Source of the DNA: a virus
Lineage: Duplodnaviria; Caudoviricetes
Virus record (IMG/VR): IMGVR_UViG_3300037991_005043
Coordinates: 24,349 to 88,348 of that record
Length of the DNA: 64,000 nucleotides
Direction: 5' to 3' (one strand)
Numbering within the stretch: position 1 is the first letter of the stretch; the number at the start of each line of letters is the position of its first letter. A program made the translations under genes and the position numbers. Below are positions 55,485 to 64,000 of the stretch, in pieces. Under the pieces are notes generated by a model, which worked only from the letters and a program-made list of their open reading frames with translations, made no database searches and was not told where the DNA came from.

Positions 55485-58007
55485 ATGTCGTGGTCTAATA
55501 TCTTAAAGGCTAAGGTTAGAACAAACATGGCTGATTATTTTGAGGGATTATTACCCGATGAATTTGAAGAAAGCCCCCTACACCCAAATAACTTAGTTAG
55601 CGAAGAAGAATTTAAGATGGCTTTGGAAGATACAAACACTACTGCTGATGGCTGGAAAACTTTTTTCAATAAATTTAGAAAACTAAAAGGTAAGGAACTT
55701 AGAACTGCTATTAGAAAAGAAACTGGTCTTAACCCTAGTGTATATGACGATGATGTTAGTGGAACAATAGAGGATTATATTTCTAATATTTTAGAATCTT
55801 CTTATTCTAAATTTTCTGAATATTTGTCTAAAGAAAAATCTCAACAGAAGATTAAAGAAAAACCCAAAGAAGAACCTAAAGAGGTAGAGAGGCAAGTTGG
55901 AGATACTATTAGAGTTACATTTACTGGTAAATTTATTACTGATGATGTAAAAAATAAAGGATTAGAGATTATATCTGATGCACTTAAGCAATTATCAGAA
56001 GATATGGATGTCGAAGATATAGATAAGGAATCACTCAGCAGAATGAAAGAAAGGATGGATAAACTCAAGAAACAAAAGGAAGAACTTGAGAAGTTAAAAA
56101 TAACGGAAGATGATGTAATTAGTAATCCATCTTCACCTGTTAGGCAGGCACTTCAAGAGTTTGTAGATTTCCTACAGGATTATTTTGTTGATGAATTAGA
56201 AATAAAACCTAAAAATACTATCAACTATCAAAATGTAGTGAATATAGTTTCGGGTAAAGAAGGTGAAACTATAATTGATTTAGATACGCAGTTGCCCCTT
56301 AGAAGTATAAATCTAAAAAAGTTTAGATTCAAAAGAACTTCTGATTTTAAAAGTTCTAGAGATTTCATTCAGTTCTTCTTTACTAAAGACCCTAGAGCAA
56401 AGTCAGTTTATTCTAAACTTAGAAAGTTGCTATCCTTCAAATTTGATGATGAGAAGTTTGAAGTGAAAGATATATTTTCTTATGAATACACATTAAAAGA
56501 ATCAAATGACTTTGCTCTTTATGCTTCTTTAATCAATACCCTTTCTTCCAGTCCAAAACTAAAATTCAAATCTAAGTATAGCAATTCTAGTTTGTTTGAT
56601 ACTACTTTTATGAATTCTAATTCCTCAGATTTGAATCCTAATATAAAACAACTAATAGGTTCTAGTAGTGATAGGTGGGTTGATGATTTAACGAGTTTAG
56701 TTTCCCATACTAGAGGTGAATCCGCAACAGTTGTAGCCACTAATCTGAGAAACCTATTATCTAAATTAGAACCCGTAATTATGCAAGGTGAAACAATTCC
56801 TGTTACTGATGATTTGAAAATTATAGTAGAAGGAACTAATTCTAAAGATATTACTCCAACCTTAGTTCGAGATTTCTTCTCTAAAAATTATATGTTGGCT
56901 GATGCTGATTTGAGATTTTTAACATCGGGAACTGGCTATGATAGTGCTAGGCGTTCACAGAATCAAAGAAGGCTTAGTGATTATATGGAAAGTGAAGGGG
57001 AAGTTAAGACATATGAGGGGCTAAGACAACTATTCAATCAAAGAATAAAGAGAGTTTCTAATATGAATGAGGAATTTAGACAAGCCTTAGCCAATCAAGT
57101 AGAAGCAGAATCCGATATGGGTAGAGAAATAACTCTCAAGGAAAACCTAATTGTTAATGCCGAAGCATTTTTTATTCTAGAATATTTTAGATACCTAGAA
57201 GAGTCTGATAGTAAAGAGGCTAAGGAAATAATATCCGAGTTTGAAAAATATACTTTTAGGCGTAGTGGCGAAGAAGATGATAAGGCTAAAGAAATAAAAT
57301 TAGACTCTCCAAAGGAAGGAAGGAGCAAACTGCAAAAGGAACTAGGCGATACTGTTTATTATTTTGTATATGAGAATGGTGAGCCATATAGCACAATTAA
57401 TCTATTAGATAAACTAAAGGAAGAATTTAAGAAAGTGCCTCCTAGAGAAACCATCGGTAGTAAGAAACAGAAAGAAAAGGATGAGAATTACAAAAGAAAC
57501 TATTTGCAGTTTAGTAGAAAACTTAGAAGTGTAAAAGGAAATAAGGAAGAGAAAGAAGAATTACTTCTAGAGTTTTTCAAAGATATGGCTAAGAAGGTAG
57601 GTTCTACAGAAGAGGATTTAGTTAGACAAGTTGCTAATGATTCAGAAATGCAAGATAAATTTAGTTTTGCGTCATTTGTTTCTTTACCTACATACATCGA
57701 AAGAAAGTTAGACCCTAAAGATAGAAAATTTAAGACTTTTTCTAGGTTAGTTACTGCGATTTTACAGGGCATAAAAAACGATGAAGATAAAGAAGATATT
57801 TTAGATAATATTGAGGATTTTATTGATGTAGTATCTAGTTCTGCTAATTCCTTGAAAAATTTATTTATAGAAGAAACTAAGGATTACCTTGACGCTTTCT
57901 TTGCTTCTGCTAGTGGAGAAGATTTGGCTTATCTCTACGCTTTAAAGAGAGCAATCGGACAAAGTTCATTAGTTTCAATTGAGATTATAGAAGGGGTGAA
58001 AGAATGA
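55485..58007 (+). CDS. 840-aa charged protein with MSWSNILK tag, putative internal virion protein
   Basis: GGGGTGA RBS; E/K-rich and helical. Confidence 0.65.
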   Translation: MSWSNILKAKVRTNMADYFEGLLPDEFEESPLHPNNLVSEEEFKMALEDTNTTADGWKTFFNKFRKLKGKELRTAIRKETGLNPSVYDDDVSGTIEDYISNILESSYSKFSEYLSKEKSQQKIKEKPKEEPKEVERQVGDTIRVTFTGKFITDDVKNKGLEIISDALKQLSEDMDVEDIDKESLSRMKERMDKLKKQKEELEKLKITEDDVISNPSSPVRQALQEFVDFLQDYFVDELEIKPKNTINYQNVVNIVSGKEGETIIDLDTQLPLRSINLKKFRFKRTSDFKSSRDFIQFFFTKDPRAKSVYSKLRKLLSFKFDDEKFEVKDIFSYEYTLKESNDFALYASLINTLSSSPKLKFKSKYSNSSLFDTTFMNSNSSDLNPNIKQLIGSSSDRWVDDLTSLVSHTRGESATVVATNLRNLLSKLEPVIMQGETIPVTDDLKIIVEGTNSKDITPTLVRDFFSKNYMLADADLRFLTSGTGYDSARRSQNQRRLSDYMESEGEVKTYEGLRQLFNQRIKRVSNMNEEFRQALANQVEAESDMGREITLKENLIVNAEAFFILEYFRYLEESDSKEAKEIISEFEKYTFRRSGEEDDKAKEIKLDSPKEGRSKLQKELGDTVYYFVYENGEPYSTINLLDKLKEEFKKVPPRETIGSKKQKEKDENYKRNYLQFSRKLRSVKGNKEEKEELLLEFFKDMAKKVGSTEEDLVRQVANDSEMQDKFSFASFVSLPTYIERKLDPKDRKFKTFSRLVTAILQGIKNDEDKEDILDNIEDFIDVVSSSANSLKNLFIEETKDYLDAFFASASGEDLAYLYALKRAIGQSSLVSIEIIEGVKE

Positions 58008-60715
58008 CCGATTTTAATGAAGAAACTCTTATTGAAGAATATCAAAAAACTCCTAGTAAAACAATACTTGAGTTTATCGAATTTCTAGAAGATAACAATC
58101 ATACCTTCTTAGGTGAAGATGTAGATGTTACTAATTCTAAACTAAAAAGAAAAATTAAGAGTGTCATAAAGGATTCTAAGAAACTAACTCAAAAAACTCC
58201 GCAGGAAAAGTGGGAAGATAATTTAAGAAAGGTCATCAAGAAAGAAGGTAGGAGATTATTCGCACCTACATTTAATACACTATCTCTAACTATTGCAGGT
58301 GAGAAACAAAGTGGAGTAGAGAGATTGATAAATGAAGTTCTTCAAGAAAAGGACATAAGAGTAAGAGTCATAGATGAAAATAAATACAATAGTTCCTATG
58401 AAACTTTATTAGATTCTATAAAAATTCAAGTTGCTAAGGCAAAAGCAGATAATCTTAGAACAGATATTCCTATGCTTACTAGATTTAGAAGCAATTTAGA
58501 TAAAGTAAAAAGAAAGGCAGATGTTAAAGAAAGCGCAAGTGTTTCTATTAGAAAACCGCTATCTGTTGATAGTTTTATTACAAAGGAAGATATTATGAAG
58601 ATATTTTCTATTGAAGCCACTATTCAAGAAAGTTCAACTAGGGAAGCAATCTACAAATTTTGGGATGAAGTAAATTCTACTGAAACGGGAACTTTTGAGA
58701 ATGCTTTAGGCTCTATGATTGAGAAAATAGAGAAAAATGAGAAAAAATATGTTGAAGAGATAGATGACTTCATAAAAGAAATAGATGAGAAAGTCAAAGA
58801 CTTAATTAGACAAAAGGAAGATGCTGATGATACTCAATTTGATGAAGAAATAAAGAGAATGAAAGAAGATATATTAGACTATGAGCAAGTTTCTACTGAC
58901 TTCACTGGGCATTTACGAGATATGAAAAGTGCCTTGCTAGAAATTTCATCTGTTCTTTATAGTTCACAAAGAAAAGGCTATTTGTACGAGATACCTCTCA
59001 ACACAGGAAAGGAATATAGGCAACCTCTAGAAACAGTAGTTGCATATGTTGAAGCCATTGTTGATAAGATGAACTCTAGAATAGATGGTGATTTAGATTT
59101 CAATTATGGAGAAGATGAAGAATCTGAAGAAGTTAGAGGTGGAACTAAGCAAGTTAAAGAGGGTGAAGATGCAGAAGATGTAATTGATTCTGGTTTTAAA
59201 ACTTCTACTCAACAATATTTAGCCGCTATTCAAAGAGAAATAGATGACTTTGAAGATGATGTGGTAGATAAGGGAATAGACCCTCTTTTGGCTTATGATA
59301 TGGAGAAGAATGATACTCTTGTTACTTTATCTAAGAAGATGAAAGATGTCGTTATTAGAGAACTAGATAAAAGAAGGAATGTTGTTCTTTTCCAGCCCGA
59401 AGCATTGAAATTTTTAGATGATAAGATAGAAGAATTGGGTAAGACACTTAGCGTAGTTAGACCTAGTTATTATCTTCCTATATTCTACATTAGGGATAGG
59501 GATTTCTTTGATAGTCTAGACCCTAAGATTGCTAAGGAGATGGAGAAAATAGATAATGAGTTTTCTAAATCTATGGAAAATTTTCAAGACTCCTTAGTAA
59601 AGGCATTCGGATTCAAACCTAAAAAAGTTAGAGATAGAAAAATTACTACTGGTGGTCGAGGGATAGGTAATACTCTAAATCCTGACCCTAAAGATAAAGG
59701 TAAAGAAGCATATAGAAAACTACAGGCTTCTTCTGCTAGAAGAACAGGTAAGAAATTTATTGAGTCCGAAACTCTAAGAGGTTCTTCATTTAAAGAATTT
59801 AGAAAAGACTTGAAAGAATTTGCTACTGCATATGAAGAATATATGATTGACCCGTTTAGGTCATCTAGAAATGTAATTGTAGCACCTAGACATATTCAAA
59901 ACATTACTACTGCTATTCTAGAATTTGTTCAAAAAGATGAGGATGAGGCAGATGTTGATTTGTTTAACATGAATCCTATGACTATGACAACTAGAACTAA
60001 ATTAGGTATGGAGGACTTAATGACATCTAAGGAAATTTATTCAATTAATAATCTTCTACAGTATGTTGTAAGGGGCTTCTCTACAGGGTTCAAAGATGAT
60101 GAAGGTAGATTCCAGTATAGATTACAAGATGCTAGACAATTAACTAGCGCACTTAATGATGCTTTGAGAGCATTCAAACAAAAGGTTACTCCTAAATTAT
60201 CTACAGAAGAAATAGCAAACCAACTATCTACTGTAATAATGACTAACATTAGAAATGATAGAATTTCAGAAGCGATAGGTAATATTGAATTCAAGGGTAA
60301 GAAAATTTCTGAGAGAAAGGATATTTCTAGTTCATCTAGTAATATTATTGCTAGTTTGAGAGTTCATATTGCAGAACTAAGACCAGAATATGAAGATGTT
60401 GGTGGATTAAGTGCTCCTATAGATGGACTGTATGAACTCTTAACTGAAATTGCTACTGATATGGGTATGCCTCTAGTGTATAAACTTCTAAAGGGATATG
60501 ATTCTGTTAGAGGTATGTTAGGTAAAGAAGTAATTTATAATCACATTCCATTATCCTACAATGGAATAGATTATTTCTTAGATAATAATTCATATGATTT
60601 ATCTCATCTAGAAGTAGAAAATATTGTGAAGTCATTGGATTCTCATGAAAACTTATCTAAAGAATATGGTGTAAAGGCAGACGATGTTTATTTAATCAAG
60701 GCTAACTTTAGGTGA
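58004..60715 (+). CDS. 903-aa acidic helical protein, putative internal virion/ejection protein
   Basis: Long ORF directly upstream of terL. Confidence 0.6.
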   Translation: MTDFNEETLIEEYQKTPSKTILEFIEFLEDNNHTFLGEDVDVTNSKLKRKIKSVIKDSKKLTQKTPQEKWEDNLRKVIKKEGRRLFAPTFNTLSLTIAGEKQSGVERLINEVLQEKDIRVRVIDENKYNSSYETLLDSIKIQVAKAKADNLRTDIPMLTRFRSNLDKVKRKADVKESASVSIRKPLSVDSFITKEDIMKIFSIEATIQESSTREAIYKFWDEVNSTETGTFENALGSMIEKIEKNEKKYVEEIDDFIKEIDEKVKDLIRQKEDADDTQFDEEIKRMKEDILDYEQVSTDFTGHLRDMKSALLEISSVLYSSQRKGYLYEIPLNTGKEYRQPLETVVAYVEAIVDKMNSRIDGDLDFNYGEDEESEEVRGGTKQVKEGEDAEDVIDSGFKTSTQQYLAAIQREIDDFEDDVVDKGIDPLLAYDMEKNDTLVTLSKKMKDVVIRELDKRRNVVLFQPEALKFLDDKIEELGKTLSVVRPSYYLPIFYIRDRDFFDSLDPKIAKEMEKIDNEFSKSMENFQDSLVKAFGFKPKKVRDRKITTGGRGIGNTLNPDPKDKGKEAYRKLQASSARRTGKKFIESETLRGSSFKEFRKDLKEFATAYEEYMIDPFRSSRNVIVAPRHIQNITTAILEFVQKDEDEADVDLFNMNPMTMTTRTKLGMEDLMTSKEIYSINNLLQYVVRGFSTGFKDDEGRFQYRLQDARQLTSALNDALRAFKQKVTPKLSTEEIANQLSTVIMTNIRNDRISEAIGNIEFKGKKISERKDISSSSSNIIASLRVHIAELRPEYEDVGGLSAPIDGLYELLTEIATDMGMPLVYKLLKGYDSVRGMLGKEVIYNHIPLSYNGIDYFLDNNSYDLSHLEVENIVKSLDSHENLSKEYGVKADDVYLIKANFR

Positions 60716-60719
60716 TTTA

Positions 60720-62159
60720 ATGAGCCTAGAAGATTTAAACTTCGAGCATAAAATGGACTTAGAGATGTCTAAGAATTCATTCCCATATTTCTTTCAACAT
60801 GTTCTAGGGTGGGAATTATCTAACCATCAGAATGAATGGAATGATATTATGGATTCATCAAATAGAAGCGTAATAATCTGTTCTAGAGGTCATGGTAAGT
60901 CTGTATTCATGCATTCATGGGTTGTTTGGAATTTATGTTTTCAAGAAGCCCCGTATGAAATTGTATATATGTCATCCAACCAAAAGCAGACAAATATGCA
61001 CATGAAATCTATATCTAAATTATTTAACAATCCTGTTCTAAAACACTTCAAACCCGAAGGGAATAAAGGGTGGGCAGTAGAAGAGATGAATTTAGTTAAT
61101 GGTAATTCTATCAAAGCCCGTTCTGTTAATTCTCAAATTCGTGGTGTTCACGCTCAAGAATATATTATTGACGACCCTCTAAAGGAGTTCAGTATGTCGG
61201 GAATACAGAAAGTTACTGATTGGTTTTTTGGTGATTTAACTCCTGCTATACACCACACATCTAAAATTAGAATAATTGGAACTCCGTTTTCTTATACTGA
61301 TATTTATCAACAACTAGCAGAAAATGAAGCCTATACTTACAATGTTTATCCGTGTCTTAATGCTTTGAATGAACCGTTGTGGGCTGAAAGATGGGATTAT
61401 GATTCTCTCATGGAGAGAAAAAAAGAAATGGGTTCTTTACTATTTACTAGAGAATATATGTGTGTTCCTATTTCTACTGGAACTTCTTTATTCAACCCCG
61501 AATATATTGAAAGGGCTAAGAATAAAGATTTGATATTGAAGCCACTAAAAAGAGATGGCTACAGATACTTTGTAGGTATTGACCCCGCTATTTCTACTAA
61601 TGGAGATTACAATGTAATTACTGTTATAGAAGTAGATGATGAAGAAAATAAATCCATAGTTTATATTGACCGAGCAAAGAATGTTGAGTTTAGAGATAAT
61701 ATTGATAAGGTCAAAATGATTAATCATATCTTTAAACCCGAAGGCGTTTTATTTGAAACAAATACATTTGCTAAGTCTTTTACTCAAGAATTGAGAAATG
61801 TTGCAGATATAAATGTGCATGACTTCGATACTACTAGAAGAAAGAAACAAGAGATTATTTTAAATCTACAAATGAGTTTAGAAAATGGTAAGTTGCATTT
61901 TCCTTATGGTAATGAAGAAAGCAGAAGAGTAACTACTGCATTATCTGAGGAATTATCTATGTTTGCTATTAATGAAAACGGTAAATTTGAAGGAGTTGGC
62001 GCACATGACGACATGGTAATGAGTCTTGCTTTAGCAAATGCAGCAACTTATAAAACTACAGATAAGTTCATATTATTAGATGACATGGGGATTTTCAATG
62101 AAACCAATTCGTCTAGGAATAGACGCATTAAAAATTCGTTTATTGGGCTAAACTTTTGA
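60720..62159 (+). CDS. terL: Terminase large subunit
   Basis: Walker A 'SRGHGKS', Walker B 'YIIDDP', nuclease 'VGIDPA' and 'HDDMVMSLALA'. Confidence 0.95.
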   Translation: MSLEDLNFEHKMDLEMSKNSFPYFFQHVLGWELSNHQNEWNDIMDSSNRSVIICSRGHGKSVFMHSWVVWNLCFQEAPYEIVYMSSNQKQTNMHMKSISKLFNNPVLKHFKPEGNKGWAVEEMNLVNGNSIKARSVNSQIRGVHAQEYIIDDPLKEFSMSGIQKVTDWFFGDLTPAIHHTSKIRIIGTPFSYTDIYQQLAENEAYTYNVYPCLNALNEPLWAERWDYDSLMERKKEMGSLLFTREYMCVPISTGTSLFNPEYIERAKNKDLILKPLKRDGYRYFVGIDPAISTNGDYNVITVIEVDDEENKSIVYIDRAKNVEFRDNIDKVKMINHIFKPEGVLFETNTFAKSFTQELRNVADINVHDFDTTRRKKQEIILNLQMSLENGKLHFPYGNEESRRVTTALSEELSMFAINENGKFEGVGAHDDMVMSLALANAATYKTTDKFILLDDMGIFNETNSSRNRRIKNSFIGLNF

Positions 62160-63850
62160 GGGATTTTATGACGATTAATATTTCTGATAGAAGTTCTCAA
62201 GAACTAGATGAAATCAATGATAATCTAGAAGATTTACAAGAAAATAAAGAGGAAGAAGAGGAACTTATTCAAACAGTTGAGGACTTAGGTAAATTCTTTT
62301 CTAACTCTCATGTTATGTCAGAATATGAACAAATAGAAACTTTATCTAAGACATATAATATAAATGCTACAGATGCTAGAAAACTACTACCAGAATTTCC
62401 TAATCAATATTTAGTGGAGGGTAATTCTGTTCCTACTCTAATAAAACAAATGAGAGTTGCTAGAAGAAAACTACAAGGAGAATATAGAGATAGGATGAGT
62501 AAGTCTATTGACTCCATGATTGATGCATATACTACTCATTTGAATAAGTGTTTAGATTCTATTCTTTGGGTAAAGCCATATTCTCACCCTTTGAAGAAAA
62601 TGGGATTCAATGAAAAGGACTTGTTGAAATTAAATGCTATTACTGATTTAGATAGTAGGAGAAATGTAGTGGATTCAATTTGTAAATATTGGGAGGCATC
62701 TCTCAAGAAAGAAGGTATGGCTTATGGAAAAGAATTTTCTACTTTAGAAAAAGAAATGAGGCTCGCTAAGAAAGCCTTCAAAGAAGGGTTAGTTAGCGAC
62801 CAAAAAGTTACTAAGTCTAAGAGAGAAAGAATTGATGATTTCATAATTAAAACAGTTTGTGAAAATGCAGGAATAAATACTCATAGAATTCATGACATGA
62901 TGCCTTCTTCTTTACATAAATCTACTAGCCCTACAATGATTTCAAAGTCCTTGAAAAAGTTAGAGATAGTTTCAGTTAATGGTAATTTATACAAGTTGCC
63001 TGCTAATGACATTAAGAAAAATATTTGGGCATACACCGCAGCATTTATTGATTCGGATGGCTACATTACTCTAGATAGAAATATGAATCCTAGAGTTGGA
63101 TTAGTTGCTACAGGTGAAAGAGGTAGGGCATTTATGGAAGAGATGCATAAGTCAATAGGTTTTGGTAGAATGCACTTAGACCAAAAATCTCCTCAAGATA
63201 CTAGACTAATTAACAGATTAAATTTTTACTCACAGGCTGATGTTAGTGAATTACTAACTAAGTGCTTACCTCATTTTAGATTAAAGAAAGGTAATGCTAA
63301 ACTGTTGCTTGAATTAATCCGCATGAAGAAGTCTTACAAGAAGGCTGATTGGTATAAACAAAGATGTGATGAAATTTTTAAACTAATGAAGTGGGAGAAT
63401 CATAAAGACCATGTAGGATTTGATTGGTCTAAAGAAGGAATTTATTTAGATGATATTGCTAAATTACAAGGTAATTGTAAAATGTCAGTCATGGATTCTT
63501 TAGAACAAATCGGTGGAAATGTTATCAATAAATTTGTTCCTAGATATGAAACTAATCAATACCTAAAAGGAAAAGGTATTGAAGATAAAGATATTAGAGA
63601 TATTGTAAGTAAGACTAAAAATATTTTAGACAGATTTGAAGATAAATTTAAATCAGATTCTTTTGATAAGCCTACACAAAAGAAAGCCTATCTAGATTTG
63701 AGAGGTTCACATAATATGTGGAGGGGTAGTTCAGGCGGTTCTATATACAATATTGGTATAGTAAGTATGAGAAAGAATCTTAACAAGTATAGTGATTTGT
63801 TCAAAGCAGATACTAATACTGATGAATATTATTTTGAGATGGAGGCATAG
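62156..63850 (+). CDS. Multi-domain protein with intact single LAGLIDADG endonuclease domain
   Basis: 'WAYTAAFIDSDGYITL' motif, with about 290 aa N-terminal and about 110 aa C-terminal extensions. Confidence 0.8.
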   Translation: MRDFMTINISDRSSQELDEINDNLEDLQENKEEEEELIQTVEDLGKFFSNSHVMSEYEQIETLSKTYNINATDARKLLPEFPNQYLVEGNSVPTLIKQMRVARRKLQGEYRDRMSKSIDSMIDAYTTHLNKCLDSILWVKPYSHPLKKMGFNEKDLLKLNAITDLDSRRNVVDSICKYWEASLKKEGMAYGKEFSTLEKEMRLAKKAFKEGLVSDQKVTKSKRERIDDFIIKTVCENAGINTHRIHDMMPSSLHKSTSPTMISKSLKKLEIVSVNGNLYKLPANDIKKNIWAYTAAFIDSDGYITLDRNMNPRVGLVATGERGRAFMEEMHKSIGFGRMHLDQKSPQDTRLINRLNFYSQADVSELLTKCLPHFRLKKGNAKLLLELIRMKKSYKKADWYKQRCDEIFKLMKWENHKDHVGFDWSKEGIYLDDIAKLQGNCKMSVMDSLEQIGGNVINKFVPRYETNQYLKGKGIEDKDIRDIVSKTKNILDRFEDKFKSDSFDKPTQKKAYLDLRGSHNMWRGSSGGSIYNIGIVSMRKNLNKYSDLFKADTNTDEYYFEMEA

Positions 63851-63852
63851 TC

Positions 63853-64000
63853 ATGTCATGGGAAGATATTTTGAAAAGAATTGAAGTCCTACCAGAAAAT
63901 AAAGTAGAGGATATGGCTGAAAGGCAGGGATTAAAGTGGGAATCTTCTAAAGAAAAGGGCTATCCTGTTTCTAATCTAACAATGGTTGTAGATATAGATG
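63853..64000 (+). CDS. 3'-truncated ORF with MSWEDILK tag
   Basis: MSWEDILKRIEVLPENK..., open to the window end; GGAGG RBS. Confidence 0.6.
   Translation, partial: MSWEDILKRIEVLPENKVEDMAERQGLKWESSKEKGYPVSNLTMVVDID

Noticed and set aside
839-61727. Many antisense or overlapping ORFs in the track (e.g. 839-1099, 2540-2953, 12247-12681, 26908-27339, 28034-28354, 52603-52914, 57500-57772)
   Set aside because: They are shadows on the opposite strand of well-supported genes, with no RBS or motifs.
62156-63850. Group I intron or intein interrupting terL or portal
   Set aside because: terL is complete with its own stop, and the LAGLIDADG ORF has no splice-junction motifs.
1-64000. Stop-codon reassignment, integrase or transposase, tRNA or rRNA genes
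   Set aside because: Genes read intact under the standard code with TAA, TGA and TAG all used as stops. No recombinase, IS ends or RNA-gene consensus were recognised by eye; tRNAscan-SE was not run.

Overview
The window is about 64 kb of a lytic-type, AT-rich tailed dsDNA virus of archaea. It is most consistent with a magrovirus, a Caudoviricetes virus of Marine Group II Euryarchaeota/Poseidoniales; this assignment is inferred from gene content, with no database search. There are three blocks. (1) 1-14.2 kb, + strand: siphovirus-like tail genes (tail tube, tail chaperone with a -1 frameshift, tape measure, tail tip, fibre). (2) 14.2-51.5 kb, - strand: an archaeal-type replisome (split PolB, sliding clamp, RFC-S/L, AEP primase, MCM-like ATPase, RPA-like SSB, ERCC4 and Cas4-like nucleases, a ligase lacking its catalytic Lys), GroEL/GroES, TFB, a pyrimidine-dimer glycosylase, a UvrD helicase, a candidate origin, and single-gene early cassettes that share a palindromic promoter element. 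(3) 51.9-64 kb, + strand: packaging/head-region genes (terminase subunits, a LAGLIDADG protein, and eight ORFs sharing an N-terminal M-x-W-x-x-[IV]-[LI]-K-type tag). The top finding is an apparently complete virus-encoded ubiquitin-like conjugation pathway at 36.5-40.9 kb. It comprises a Ubl ending LQGG-NC, a protein with an E2-like TRIY-x-x-N-x7-C motif, a ThiF/E1 and a JAMM/JAB protease, co-oriented with TFB and GroES/GroEL. No tRNA, rRNA, CRISPR array, integrase or transposase was recognised. All product calls come from motif recognition by eye.
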